Shown in pieces: positions 28,490 through 38,472 of a DNA stretch of 64,000 nucleotides. Under the pieces are notes generated by a model. The model saw only the letters and a list, made by a program, of their open reading frames with translations. It searched no databases and had not been told where the DNA came from. Positions within the stretch are counted from its first letter, which is position 1. Every line of letters begins with the position of its first letter. Position numbers and translations under genes: made by a program. The stretch lies in assembly GCA_000092065.1 (NCBI GenBank), contig CP000589.1. One strand, 5' to 3'. Source of the DNA: Ostreococcus lucimarinus (taxonomy: Eukaryota).

Positions 28490-29314
28490 ATGCCGCCCAA
28501 GGGAAAGACGAATCTCCTCGCCGCGCGCATCAAGCGCGTGATGCAAAAGGACGAGGACGTGGGAAAGATCGCCGGCCCGGCGCCGATCGTCATGGGCAAG
28601 GCGTTGGAATTATTCGTCAAGCAGCTCGTGACGACGGCGAACGACGTCGCGGTGCTGCACGGGAGCAAGACGGTGAACGGGAGTCACCTGAAGGGCGCGG
28701 TGGCGATGGTGCCCGAGGCGTTCGATTTTTTGAGCGACATCGTGGAGAAGGCGAAGGATTTGGGACCGCCGCCGGATCTGCGCGCGGTGGAGGCGGAACT
28801 CAAGGCGGCGGTGGGGGGGAAAGGGAAGAAACGAGGGAAAAAGGAAGCGCAGGGAAGCTTGGGGGACTTGGATTTCGGCGGTGGGTCGTTGGATGCGGAT
28901 GATGGAGAGGATGAGACGGCGTCCGCGAAGCGGAAATCAAAGGCGAAAACCAAGGCGAAGCCGAAAGCCAAAGGACGAGCGAAGAAGGTTAAGAAGGAGG
29001 AGGATTTCATCGACGACGATGACGAGGAGTTCGTGGATGAAATGAGTGAAACTGATGAAGAATTTGATGCCGATGCGCCCGTGGAGCCGAGGGAGAAGCC
29101 GACGCGCGCGAGGTCGTCTCGCGCGACTCCGAAGAAGTACGTGGACGATTTCGTCGACGAAGACGAAGAAGACGAGGAGGCGCCAGTGAATCCCAGCGCA
29201 AAGGTGAAGGAGGAGCCCGTCGGTAATTTAGGCTCGCTTGATGTTCCGTTCGCTGGTGGATCGCTCGCGGCGGCGGCGCCAGACGTGGGCGAAGACGAGG
29301 ACGATTACGACTAA
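28490..29314 (+). CDS. DRAP1: Histone-fold transcription regulator NC2-alpha / DRAP1-like with a long K/E/D-rich tail.
   Basis: LLAARIKRVMQKDEDVGKIAGPAPIVMGKALELFVKQLVTTAN...NGSHLKGAV...FDFLSDIV parallels DRAP1 ([36 protein letters not shown]...TSHLKQCIE..FDFLKDLV). ATG at 28490; the track ORF is open from 28169. Confidence 0.7.
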   Translation: MPPKGKTNLLAARIKRVMQKDEDVGKIAGPAPIVMGKALELFVKQLVTTANDVAVLHGSKTVNGSHLKGAVAMVPEAFDFLSDIVEKAKDLGPPPDLRAVEAELKAAVGGKGKKRGKKEAQGSLGDLDFGGGSLDADDGEDETASAKRKSKAKTKAKPKAKGRAKKVKKEEDFIDDDDEEFVDEMSETDEEFDADAPVEPREKPTRARSSRATPKKYVDDFVDEDEEDEEAPVNPSAKVKEEPVGNLGSLDVPFAGGSLAAAAPDVGEDEDDYD

Positions 29315-29451
29315 TAAAGACTGGGCGCGACTAGCTCTAGCGACCGCGTGTGTACAATCATGTTGATTAAGAAATATGAATCTTCACTAGCGCTGGATAT
29401 GAAACAAGGAAAGATTCTAGCCGTATGTGCTGCGCAATTATGCTGCGAGCT

Positions 29452-29490
29452 GTGCGTGCGTGCGTGCGTGCGTGCGTGTGTGCGTGCTTT
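29452..29490. repeat. (GTGC)n / (TGCG)n tetranucleotide microsatellite in the 3' flank shared by DRAP1 and the LAMMER kinase (convergent genes).
   Basis: gtgcgtgcgtgcgtgcgtgcgtgcgtgtgtgcgtgc. Confidence 0.7.
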
Positions 29491-29506
29491 GGTGGGGCGC
29501 GAGCCC

Positions 29507-31228
29507 TCACGAGCGCGACTTCTCCAGACTCTTCGGTCGTAGTTGACTACCGTTGCGCGTGTTGATCTTCCAATCCATCTGATCGAGATTGACTGAAAAG
29601 AATGGGTGAGCCACCGCCTGATTCGACGTCAAGCGTCGCTTGGGGTCGAAATTGAGCAAGCGACTAATCAAATCGTAAAACAACTCTCGCGCCTCGCCCG
29701 CGAGCTGCTTGTCGATCAAGTTTCGAACGATGCCCGTTTTCCCGAGCGCGGCGTACGACTCGTTGTCAGTTTGATCATTTGGCCAATTCAACGATCCGTT
29801 GGTCGTGAAAAACTCGCTGTGCTTGTCCTTGGGCGCGCGTCTCGCGACGGCGACGGGGATGGCGCTTTCGAGGGCGTGTTGCATCATGGCCAAGTGCTCG
29901 AGGTTATCGTGGGTTTGAAATAACGCTTCACCCGTGAGAAGCTCGATCATTATGCATCCGATGGACCACATGTCGCACGGATACGACCAACCGAGGCCAA
30001 GAATGATTTCAGGGGCGCGGTAGTGTCGCGTCGATACTACGGCGCTGTGATGCCGTTCGACAAACGTCGTGCTCCCAAAATCAATCAAGCGAATCGTATG
30101 ATCGACTGGGACGCGATACGTGGCGTTTTCGAGGTACGAACTCGACATCAAGAGAATATTCTCGGGCTTCAAGTCCGTGTGCACGAGTCCGAGCGTGTGC
30201 AAGTATCGCACCGCTACGAGCGTCTGCTCGCAAAAGCTCTGCACCGTCTTCGGATGAAATGGCTTGTATCGATTCGATCGCAAAAAGTCATACAGACTCG
30301 GTCCGCACTTATCAAACACCATGCACACGTGTCCTTGATAATCGAACGCCCGCCTGAGCGCGATGCAATTGAACCGTTCGCCATCCCTCCGCGACGCGTC
30401 GCCCTCGGCGAGCGTCTTCAAGACTTCGATTTCCACCATCGCCGCGTCGCGATACTTTTGTACGTTTCGAATCACCTTGATCGCGCAGCGTCGCTCGGAT
30501 ATCGCGTCCCAGCATTCCAAAACCCTACCGAAAGTCCCCTCGCCGAGCAAAGAGATGATCTTGTACTCATTCGTCAGCGCGTCCCCGAGCGCGTATCGCA
30601 GGTGCCCATCGGCGTCGTTCGCTCGTCCCGCTCTCGCCCGCGTCGTCTTCTTTTCCATCTCCACGTTTCCCTCGATGTAAAACCGGGTCAGCTTGGTGCG
30701 TTTCGAGCGTGCATCGATCGTCGCCACCGCGGGCGGCGTATCTCCGTACGGCGTCCCCGTCATCGCGTCGCTCGACACCGTCGCCCCCCCCCGACGTCGC
30801 CTTATCTCCGACGCCTCCCGTCCCTCAAACAACACCTGCACCGCGCCCCCCTCCCCGCCCTCGCTCGACGTCGACGCCCCCGACGACGACTTCGACGATC
30901 GTCTCGAGCTCATCCCTCGCGTCGTCGTCGTCCCCGATCGCTTCCGTTTCCCTCCCTTCGTCGTCGGCGCCTTTTCCTCGCGTCCCGCGTCGTCCCGCGT
31001 CTCCATCGTCTTCCCCCCCTCTCCCATCGCGTTCGCCGTCTTCGCCCTCCGCCGCGCGCTCGCGCGCTTCCCGAGATCTCCCCCCATCGTCACCTCGCAC
31101 CCCGACGTCCCCGTCGTCGCGCTTCGCGTCGCCGTCGTCGATCGCGTCGCGCGTCCGCCGTCTCGAATCGCTCTCGCGTCGTCTCGAATCGCGCCTCCCG
31201 CGCGCGCGCGCCGCGTCGTCCCGCCCAT
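29507..31228 (-). CDS. LAMMER / CLK-family dual-specificity protein kinase with an R/S/G-rich N-terminal region.
   Basis: Kinase subdomains (LGEGTFGRVLECWD; AIKVIR; HTDLKPENILL; DFGS; SYPCDMWSIGCIM) and the LAMMER signature EHLAMMQHALE. ATG at 31228. Confidence 0.85.
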   Translation of the reverse strand: MGGTTRRARAGGAIRDDARAIRDGGRATRSTTATRSATTGTSGCEVTMGGDLGKRASARRRAKTANAMGEGGKTMETRDDAGREEKAPTTKGGKRKRSGTTTTRGMSSRRSSKSSSGASTSSEGGEGGAVQVLFEGREASEIRRRRGGATVSSDAMTGTPYGDTPPAVATIDARSKRTKLTRFYIEGNVEMEKKTTRARAGRANDADGHLRYALGDALTNEYKIISLLGEGTFGRVLECWDAISERRCAIKVIRNVQKYRDAAMVEIEVLKTLAEGDASRRDGERFNCIALRRAFDYQGHVCMVFDKCGPSLYDFLRSNRYKPFHPKTVQSFCEQTLVAVRYLHTLGLVHTDLKPENILLMSSSYLENATYRVPVDHTIRLIDFGSTTFVERHHSAVVSTRHYRAPEIILGLGWSYPCDMWSIGCIMIELLTGEALFQTHDNLEHLAMMQHALESAIPVAVARRAPKDKHSEFFTTNGSLNWPNDQTDNESYAALGKTGIVRNLIDKQLAGEARELFYDLISRLLNFDPKRRLTSNQAVAHPFFSVNLDQMDWKINTRNGSQLRPKSLEKSRS

Positions 31229-31658
31229 CGCGCCGCGGGCGTCCGCCGACGCGTCTCCGCCGTCGAGCGCGCGCGGTCGAGTCGCCCGCGCGTCGTCGCG
31301 CGCGTCGTCGTGCGCGGATAACGTCGACTAATCCAAAGCCGCGGTGCGGCGCGCGCGCGCCGTCGGGCGAATCCGCGTCCGCACTGTTTGCGCATACGCA
31401 TATGGCTCGATCGACGCGTCGATGGAAAAATCGCGATCGATCGACGACGCGAGGTTCGCGATCGATCGCGCGAAGTGGGTCGATCCGTCGATCGCGCCGT
31501 CGCGCGCGACGGTTCGCGTCGCCGAGGCTGACGCGCGGCCGCAGTGCGCGACGACGCGCGCTGCGATCGCTACTTTCGAGGGCTCGAGGTCGTTCGACGA
31601 GATCGCGCGAGCGAGCTGTCCCTCCTTCGCGTCCTCGCGTCCTCGCGACGACGCGACG

Positions 31659-33047
31659 ATGCGACGACGACGACGCGCGCGCGCGGCGACGGCGATGGCG
31701 ATGGCGATGGCGATGGCGACGGCGACGGCGACGCGCGCGAGGGCGCTGGAGACGGACGCGGTGATGAGGGCGATCGACGAACGGGCGTTCGCGACGGAGG
31801 AGGGCGCGAGGCTGGCGTTCACGCACGACGTGGACGCCGAGCGGCGAGCGATCGACGCGAGCGGCGCGGGCGTGGACAGCGATGGGAAAGGGAACCCGGG
31901 AATGATTTACGCGCGCGTGTTCGACGGGAACGGCGCGTCGGGGTTTCGGTTGGGCGGGGAGGACGCGCTGTGCGTCGCGCTGAGAGCGCCGCCCGAGGCG
32001 AGGTATTTCTCCTTCGCGCCGTACGTGTACAGGCGGGGCGCGCGCGTGGTGTCGGCGCAGGCGGGACATTCGATCAATAACGCGAACGCGAAGCGCGACG
32101 GTGATGTGTTGATCTTCGTGGCGACGCACTCGCGCGAGACGTTCGAGGCGATGAGGACGGCGTTCGGCGACGCGGGATACGACGAGGGCGCGGTGAATTT
32201 AGTGCCGCTCTTTGACGATGTGCGCTACGGCGGCGGGTTCGGAGATTTCGGAGATTTGCTCTCGATTTCGTTTCGCGTCGCGTTTTGGCCGTCGCGTTTG
32301 AACGCGACCGGCGAGGACGCCCTCGGTGAGTGGTCGCGATTGGAATGGCCGGCGTTTTTCGCTCGGCGCGCGAGCTCCGGCGCCGCGCGCGGCGGGTCGA
32401 CGGTTTCGCAAGCGTTACCGACGCCGACGCTGAATCTCACCGTCGAGGTCGATAAACAGCATGAATCATCGACGATCGTGGCGCCGGTTGTGGTCGTTGA
32501 TGGCGCCGCGCGCGTCGGGTCGACGACGCTCGTCGTCATGCCCGTCGACCACGCGCGATGCAGGCGAGACCCGTTCTACTCGCCCTGGTCCACCGCCGGC
32601 GTCAGCGTACGCTCGGCGTGTTTCGGCGCGACGACCGACGCGTTGTACTCGATCTCTCGAGACTTCATGCGCGTCGCGTCGCTTCGTCAATTTCTCATCG
32701 TCGTCAGAGGTCGCGACGTCGTCTCTCGCGGACGCGCCGCGTTCACCACCATCGCTTTATACGCGACGGGCGGGCCGATATCATCCTTCGCGAGCGCGCG
32801 AGACGTCCGCGTTCTCGCCGCCGTCGACGACCGCGCCTTCATCGTGGACGAGCGTTCATCGCTCTTCGCCGTCGCCTTCGGCTCTTCGCTCGCCGCGTGC
32901 GCGCGCGTCGCCGTTCCCTGCGTCGTCGCCGCTTCGCCTCCCGCGCGTTCGACGTTATTCGTCGTGTGTCGCGACTACTTGAATCCTCGCACCGCCACCG
33001 CGCCGGCGAGCAGACCCGCGCTCGTCGTCGACGCCTTCGCGTTGTGA
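31659..33047 (+). CDS. Hypothetical, probably secreted protein (~462 aa).
   Basis: ATG at 31659, followed by MRRRRRARAATAMAMAMAMATATATRARA (a signal-peptide-like stretch encoded by a hexanucleotide repeat). The rest is non-repetitive with normal aromatic content. No recognised domain. The ORF is open from 31344, but that region is the divergent promoter of the kinase gene. Confidence 0.35.
   Translation: MRRRRRARAATAMAMAMAMATATATRARALETDAVMRAIDERAFATEEGARLAFTHDVDAERRAIDASGAGVDSDGKGNPGMIYARVFDGNGASGFRLGGEDALCVALRAPPEARYFSFAPYVYRRGARVVSAQAGHSINNANAKRDGDVLIFVATHSRETFEAMRTAFGDAGYDEGAVNLVPLFDDVRYGGGFGDFGDLLSISFRVAFWPSRLNATGEDALGEWSRLEWPAFFARRASSGAARGGSTVSQALPTPTLNLTVEVDKQHESSTIVAPVVVVDGAARVGSTTLVVMPVDHARCRRDPFYSPWSTAGVSVRSACFGATTDALYSISRDFMRVASLRQFLIVVRGRDVVSRGRAAFTTIALYATGGPISSFASARDVRVLAAVDDRAFIVDERSSLFAVAFGSSLAACARVAVPCVVAASPPARSTLFVVCRDYLNPRTATAPASRPALVVDAFAL
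31689..31733. repeat. (GCGATG)4(GCGACG)3 hexanucleotide repeat encoding (AM)n(AT)n at the N-terminus of the hypothetical protein.
   Basis: gcgatggcgatggcgatggcgatggcgacggcgacggcgacg. Confidence 0.5.
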
Positions 33048-33120
33048 CGCTCGATACCGGCCAAAATCACATCCGACATCGCGGAATCGCGGCGCTCGCG
33101 ACGTCGTCGTCCTTCGCCTC

Positions 33121-33236
33121 GGCGCGCTCGCGTCCAAATGTTTATGTTTTGCCCGCGTGTTTGTCGCCTCGGCGCGCTCGCGTCCAAATGTTTATGTCTT
33201 CCAAATGTTTATGTTTTGCCCACGCCTCGGCGTTCC
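33121..33236. repeat. Tandem duplication carrying three copies of CCAAATGTTTATGT(T/C)TT in the promoter / 5' region of the ZNHIT gene.
   Basis: tcggcgcgctcgcgtccaaatgtttatgt occurs twice, and ccaaatgtttatgt three times, within ~110 bp. The AT-rich motif contains TGTTTAT, the reverse complement of forkhead-type ATAAACA. Confidence 0.55.
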
Positions 33237-33248
33237 GCACACTCTCGC

Positions 33249-33357
33249 ATGCCATCCGCCGCGCCCTGCGTCGCGTGCGCCGCGGAGACCTCATCGTACA
33301 AGTGTCCGACGTGTCGTTCGCCCTATTGCTCGGTCGCGTGCTACAAATCGCACAGGG
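33249..33357 (+). CDS. ZNHIT3: zf-HIT zinc-finger protein (ZNHIT3/Hit1-like box C/D snoRNP assembly factor), exon 1.
   Basis: MPSAAPCVACAAETSSYKCPTCRSPYCSVACYKSHR matches the zf-HIT pattern C-x2-C...YKCPxC...YCSxxC...H (ZNHIT3: [29 protein letters not shown]). Donor AGG G|GTGCGC at 33358. Confidence 0.55.
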
Positions 33358-33466
33358 GTGCGCCCGCGACGCGCGTTCGCGTCGACCGATTGCGCGCGAC
33401 GAATGCGACTTAAAACGACGACGGCGCGCTTTCAGACTGACGATGAACGACGCGCGCGCGCGATAG

Positions 33467-33780
33467 AGACGACGTGCGAACCGGTGCGCGCGTCGACCGC
33501 GCCCGCGGTCGCGGAACGCGCGAACGAGACGAGGGAACAGCCGTCTCGCGCGTTCGAGGAAGATTCCGAAGACGAACTCGGGACGCGGGCGCGTCGCGAG
33601 GATCTGCAACGCGTCGCCGACGACGCGAGCGTGCGAGAAAAGCTGCGAAGCGAGCGATTGCGAGAGATAATACGAGCGATCGACGCGGCGAAGGACGGTG
33701 AGAAGGCGCTGGCGAAGGCGAGGGAGGATCCAGAGTTCAGGGCGTTTACGGAGGACGCGCTGAGTCTGTTCGAGCGGTGA
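33467..33780 (+). CDS. ZNHIT3: ZNHIT3-like, exon 2.
   Basis: Acceptor GCGATAG| at 33465..33466. Intron 33358..33466 (109 nt); the frame shifts by +1. Exon 2 (E)TTCEPVRAS...FEEDSEDELG...ASVREKLRSERLREIIRAIDAAKDGEKALAKAREDPEFRAFTEDALSLFER parallels the ZNHIT3 C-terminus ([42 protein letters not shown]). Confidence 0.55.
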
Positions 33781-33790
33781 GCGCTCGCTG

Positions 33791-36700
33791 GTGAGGATCA
33801 TGGGGTTCATGGATAAGATGAAAGAGATGAAGACTAAGGCGAGCGTTAAGGCGGTGGGCATGCGGGATCGGGCGAAGGAGATGATGAATTCACCGAGTGG
33901 ACAGACGGCGCCGCGGTTTTCGACGACGAGTCGCAACGGCGGCGAAGAGTCGGCGACGACGACTCCACCGCCATCGCCGTATCGATACGAGTCGAATGTC
34001 GGGTTATCTATGTTAAACGTTATAGAATCGCCGGCGCCGGCGTCTCGCGCGCGTGATGTGCTTGTGGAGCGATCGAATGCGGCGGCGGCGACTCCGGAGC
34101 GACCCTCGCCGCGGCAACGACAAGAGTCGAGTGGAGTTTCTCTCGTGGATGGCATCGAGTGCGAATATTTTGATGAGCCATCCACAAGTGCGCCTTCGTT
34201 TGATCCAGTCTTAGTGTCTTTGAACCGCCTCGGCGCGGACTTCACTGTGGAGGACTTGAGCAAAGAGGAAGAGCGTCTGTCCGAGCTCGTCGAGCGCGTG
34301 TCGACGGAGTTGAATAGAGAGATTATGGCACATGGGGAAGACTTTGAGAAAGGGATAGAAAATATTGCAGAGATTTACAACGCACTTCAGTCGTCAGGGG
34401 TGTTACTGAGCAACTCTCGTCGTTTGCTCCAGCGCGTGGAGACCGACGTGAAGAGTGCGCTTCGAGTGCAAGGCTCGCATACGACGAAGGGTTCAATCAT
34501 GGGCGTGTTGCAGATTCTAGAAAATATTAGGTTTTGCCAAACGTGCGAAACTAAGATACGCGCGCGTCTGGATGTTTCTGAGTACGCGGATGCCATGTCG
34601 CTGTATTCCAAGGCGTGGGAAATTTTAGAAGACATGCACGCGTTGACGTGTACGTTAACGCTTCGAGAAGATTTCGTCGCGTTGCGATGGGAGCTCGTCA
34701 CCTGCGTTGATAACGTCTTGATTGATTTGTGTGGCACATTTGACGCTAAGAAGTTTGCAAACCTTTACGACACGTACCCAAAGCTTGGTCCAGAGGTGAA
34801 GCACTTGGCTGATAAGATTCAAGACGCGTTTCTCAAGGCGGTGGAGATGCAAACCGAAGGCATGTTGCGACTGCATGCCATGCTTTCGCACAATCAGGAC
34901 GAGGCTGACACCAAGCGCAAGAGTAGGATGGGTTACAAGCAACTGTGTTCGCAATTGTCTTCGATGCAGTTCGTACCGTGCCTACGCAAGACACTCGAGT
35001 CGTTACATGAAATTTTCCTTTCGTCGTATAGAATGACGGCGTGGTGCGAGACGGCGATGCGCGAGGTGATTGATAGCTCGGATGCAGAGGCGATCAATAA
35101 CTGCAGTGCATTGATTGCGGCGTTAGAAATTAACCGAAAACCAGTTGTTGAGATGGCGAGCGTGCGTCTGGCAGCCTTACTGCAAGCATCAGCCGCACCC
35201 AGTAACGCGGCGTTTCGCGAGGTTTTCGATCTGTGCCGCGTCTTCATAACATGCGCGGAGGCATTTTGTGGCGAAGAGTCTCGAGTTTTGCGCGCGCAGC
35301 TGGAGAGGATCGGTGATAGATACTTTGAATCGCTGCATAGCGCTAGAATGGACGCATCGAAGACGATGTTAGAGACAGAGCGATGGGTGCCAGTCTCCAC
35401 AGATGCCGTGAAGCGCGTGCAAGACGATTTGAAAAATGCCATGCAGCGCGGACGAGCGGCGAATGGGCTGGGCAAAACTTTAGGCGAGACGGTGATAACG
35501 ACTTTTACCTCGGAACAAGTCCTGAATTCTGAGTCGTTCATGAAGTTCATCGACCAGCCGAATCCATTCGTTTCAGAGTCTGGGAATTCCTCGGCGGAGG
35601 AAAATCACTCGCCGCGAGACATTCTCGCACAAAACGTCGTCGCCGCACATGAGACGACGACCACCACCAACACCACGGACGACGTCGACGATGGGTTTGA
35701 TGAAGAGATCAGCAATCAGAATGGCGATAAAACCGGTCTTGATCGCGTGGGCGTGAAGATTACGGCGTCTTCGTTGTACATTCTTCAGGGCATCGTCGAG
35801 TACACGGCGCTGATGCAAGTAATGCGGCCGAGCGTGCCGGTGATTTTCAACGGTATCTGTCAACTCTTCGAGCTCGCACTAGTGAAAACTTTTAACGCTT
35901 TCGGGCGAACGGAAGCTTTGCTTCCCGAATCGCACGACATGACGCCGCGGCTGCGAGGTACGTTGTCTAGACTCGGGAACTCGGGTGGCGCCATGGCGAT
36001 TCGACCTACGATTCGGGGACAAGGGGACGTAGACATCTTGTCCAGCGGTAATTTGTACGGTTTGAAGGAGCGCGGCATCGCGCTCGAGTCGCTCTCGCGC
36101 GTCGCCGATGAGTTCAAGCGCATCAAGGCGCGTGTGAAACGCTCGCTCCCGCTCAAAGACGCCGCGCTGGCGGATCGCTTTTACTCGCACACCGTCGCTG
36201 CGGTGGACGATTTGCGCGAGCACGTGTACAAGAACGTTGCTTCATTATTGCTCAACATTGAATTTTGCGCAGAAGCGATCGGAGACGGCGATCCAAACTT
36301 TGCGTTGGTGAACTCTACGTTCGTGGGCAAGTACAACATTCGCGAGACGCCGTCGAGGCACAACAAGTGGGTGGACGACGTCCAGGCCGAACTCTTACAG
36401 TTCACCACCAAACTCGCCTGCGCCGACGTCGCACCTGAAGCTCTGGATGTTCTGTGGCAGCACGCCGCGAGTGTGATCCAAGACTCTCTCGTCGATGGTT
36501 TCAGCAAGGTGAAAAAATGCACCGACGCCGGCAGAGCGCTCATGGCGCTCGACGTCGAAACCCTGCGCGGCGAATTCGCGAAACTCGCCCCGTCCCAGTC
36601 CCTTGCCTTCGACTGGCGCTACGTCAGCACCTACATCAACGCCTTCTACGTCCCAGAAAAAGACGTCGAGAAATGGATGCAAATCCATCCCGAGTTTTCC

Positions 36701-36817
36701 AAAAAACAAAAGCTCGCCTTGGTCGCCCACAACGCCTCGGCGGATCGCGACAGGCGCTGGACCGCGAAATTCCGCCAAGACTTGCTCAACGCCATCGAAA
36801 CCGACACGTTACTCTAG
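33791..36817 (+). CDS. Large conserved protein, probably syndetin/VPS50-like (EARP/GARP-type tethering complex subunit, Vps54-N-like domain plus DUF2451-like C-terminus).
   Basis: A 1008-aa non-repetitive ORF with normal amino-acid composition and lower GC than its surroundings. The N-terminal coiled coil and the conserved C-terminal block (KWVDDVQAELLQFTTKLA...LDVLWQHAASVIQDSLVDGFSKVKKCTDAGRALMALDVETLRGEF) are consistent with the CCDC132/syndetin family. The family assignment is tentative. Confidence 0.5.
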   Translation: MRIMGFMDKMKEMKTKASVKAVGMRDRAKEMMNSPSGQTAPRFSTTSRNGGEESATTTPPPSPYRYESNVGLSMLNVIESPAPASRARDVLVERSNAAAATPERPSPRQRQESSGVSLVDGIECEYFDEPSTSAPSFDPVLVSLNRLGADFTVEDLSKEEERLSELVERVSTELNREIMAHGEDFEKGIENIAEIYNALQSSGVLLSNSRRLLQRVETDVKSALRVQGSHTTKGSIMGVLQILENIRFCQTCETKIRARLDVSEYADAMSLYSKAWEILEDMHALTCTLTLREDFVALRWELVTCVDNVLIDLCGTFDAKKFANLYDTYPKLGPEVKHLADKIQDAFLKAVEMQTEGMLRLHAMLSHNQDEADTKRKSRMGYKQLCSQLSSMQFVPCLRKTLESLHEIFLSSYRMTAWCETAMREVIDSSDAEAINNCSALIAALEINRKPVVEMASVRLAALLQASAAPSNAAFREVFDLCRVFITCAEAFCGEESRVLRAQLERIGDRYFESLHSARMDASKTMLETERWVPVSTDAVKRVQDDLKNAMQRGRAANGLGKTLGETVITTFTSEQVLNSESFMKFIDQPNPFVSESGNSSAEENHSPRDILAQNVVAAHETTTTTNTTDDVDDGFDEEISNQNGDKTGLDRVGVKITASSLYILQGIVEYTALMQVMRPSVPVIFNGICQLFELALVKTFNAFGRTEALLPESHDMTPRLRGTLSRLGNSGGAMAIRPTIRGQGDVDILSSGNLYGLKERGIALESLSRVADEFKRIKARVKRSLPLKDAALADRFYSHTVAAVDDLREHVYKNVASLLLNIEFCAEAIGDGDPNFALVNSTFVGKYNIRETPSRHNKWVDDVQAELLQFTTKLACADVAPEALDVLWQHAASVIQDSLVDGFSKVKKCTDAGRALMALDVETLRGEFAKLAPSQSLAFDWRYVSTYINAFYVPEKDVEKWMQIHPEFSKKQKLALVAHNASADRDRRWTAKFRQDLLNAIETDTLL

Positions 36818-37009
36818 CGCCTCGTGTAATCGAACGCGTTTTAGGCATTCACTCGGCGCGGTGCGACGCATCCACCGCGCGCGTCGTCCGCTCGCCCCGC
36901 GCTGACTAGGCAACTCCAATAATTCCCATCGCGCCATTTCACGAAGCGCGACGCACGACGCACGCACGCGCGCCCGACGACGCCGACCTACGCGAGCAAA
37001 CGCGCACCG

Positions 37010-37243
37010 ATGACCGCAGACGACAAGAAACTTCACACCCACGGCTTCTGGGCGCGATTCTGGTTCGGAAAGAAGCACAAGCACCAACCCTCGGCGCCGC
37101 TCCCCGGGTACATCAATGAGATGATGAACCCGGAACATCACACCGGTGACTCGAAGAACGATCTGGGAGAGTTCATTCGACGACGATCGATGGATGAGCG
37201 GTGCACGCCGCGAACGAGCGCGTCGAGCGAGGAAGAACAGTAG
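37010..37243 (+). CDS. Small hypothetical ORF (77 aa) in the gap between two convergent genes.
   Basis: ATG-initiated ORF with mixed composition (MTADDKKLHTHGFWARFWFGKKHKHQ...). No homology recognised. It may be non-coding. Confidence 0.2.
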   Translation: MTADDKKLHTHGFWARFWFGKKHKHQPSAPLPGYINEMMNPEHHTGDSKNDLGEFIRRRSMDERCTPRTSASSEEEQ

Positions 37244-37518
37244 GGCGGCGGCTGCTCGGGGAATGAATCGCGCGCGCGCTGACGAGGACTGGGCGACCGG
37301 GACGCTCGCGAGCGATGAAACGGATCAGAGAATGATATGTGCTCCAACGCGAACGTCTGGATCGAACGGACGATGTAAAACGCGAACGATGACGCGCGCG
37401 CGGCGAGGGATACCGCGACGCGCGCGCGTGTACCAATTTTGTATTTCAACGTACGAAGCTGTGCGAACGACTCGCGAGACGTCGTCTCCCGGCGAAGGGT
37501 GCTCTTAAATGGCGCTGG

Positions 37519-38472
37519 CTACGCGTTATCGGTGAGCGCTGAGAGTTGCGATTTGAGGTCGAGCAAGACTTTAACCGCGGCTTTGACGTCGTCGTCGGCG
37601 TTCGTGAGCCCCGCGTCTTTGAGCGCTCGCACCTCGGCCGCCTTCGCGTCCACCGCGGCGGATAATTCTTCGATTTTCGCCGCGTCAACCGCCGGAGCTT
37701 CGCCCGTGGGCTCGTCCACTCGCGTCACCCAATGGCCTTCGTCGTTCACGACGCGAACTTCGCCGTCCGAACCGTCCGGCTGAAGACGCACGACGCGATC
37801 GAAGCGCACCGCCTGCCCCGTCTTGTTCCCGTCGCCATCCTTCATCGTCCACACCGTGGCGTCTTCAATCCTAAATTTCGCCCCTCTCGAGCTCACGCGC
37901 ACGCCGCTATAGTTCATGATCACCCCATCGCTCGCCGCTCGATCCAAAAGCGCCCGTCTTTCCGCTTGCGTCGCCTCGTCCGCCTCGTCCGCCGACTTTT
38001 TACTCGACATCCCCACGAACGCGTCCCACTCCATCTCCCACAGCTCCAGCGCCGCTTGATTCCCATAATTGAACACATCGTTCCCATCGTGACTCGCGCA
38101 CGCGAACGGCGCTCGAAACAGCGCCCTCGCCGCGTCGTGCACCATCACGTTCCCCTCCACCAGCTTCGTCCCCGTCGCCTTTTTATACGACAGCCCGAGG
38201 TCCAGCGCGTGAAACACCATCTCCGCCGTCTCGTGTCGCGCCGCCGACGTCCCGCCCGACCCGATCGCCGCTTCGTCTTCGTCCTCGTCCCCTGCCGCGC
38301 CGTCGCGCGGCGTCGTCGTCGCCAGATCCCTCGCGAACTCGCGCTGTTTCGCCGCGCGCGCCGCCTTTCGTTTTTTATCCTTCGCCCGCGCGCGCACGTC
38401 CCGTCGCGCTTCGCGCGCGCGCGTCGTCGTCGCGCGCGTCGTCGTCGCGCGCGTCATCGCGCCCGCCGTCAT
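37519..38472 (-). CDS. MEKHLA-domain protein with a C-terminal WHEP-TRS-like helix-turn-helix and an N-terminal organellar-type targeting peptide.
   Basis: MEKHLA-like core (VFNYGNQAALELWEMEWDAFVGMSS...VIMNYSGVRVSSRGAKFRIEDATVWTMKDGDGNKTGQAVRF). C-terminal WHEP-like motif (IEELSAAVDAKAAEVRALKDAGLTNADDDVKAAVKVLLDLKSQL). N-terminus MTAGAMTRATTTRATTTRAREARR. Confidence 0.55.
   Translation of the reverse strand: MTAGAMTRATTTRATTTRAREARRDVRARAKDKKRKAARAAKQREFARDLATTTPRDGAAGDEDEDEAAIGSGGTSAARHETAEMVFHALDLGLSYKKATGTKLVEGNVMVHDAARALFRAPFACASHDGNDVFNYGNQAALELWEMEWDAFVGMSSKKSADEADEATQAERRALLDRAASDGVIMNYSGVRVSSRGAKFRIEDATVWTMKDGDGNKTGQAVRFDRVVRLQPDGSDGEVRVVNDEGHWVTRVDEPTGEAPAVDAAKIEELSAAVDAKAAEVRALKDAGLTNADDDVKAAVKVLLDLKSQLSALTDNA

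Noticed and set aside
33142-34263. 373-aa minus ORF overlapping ZNHIT3 and the start of the syndetin-like gene
   Set aside because: No motifs. It overlaps two supported plus-strand genes, so it is an antisense artefact.
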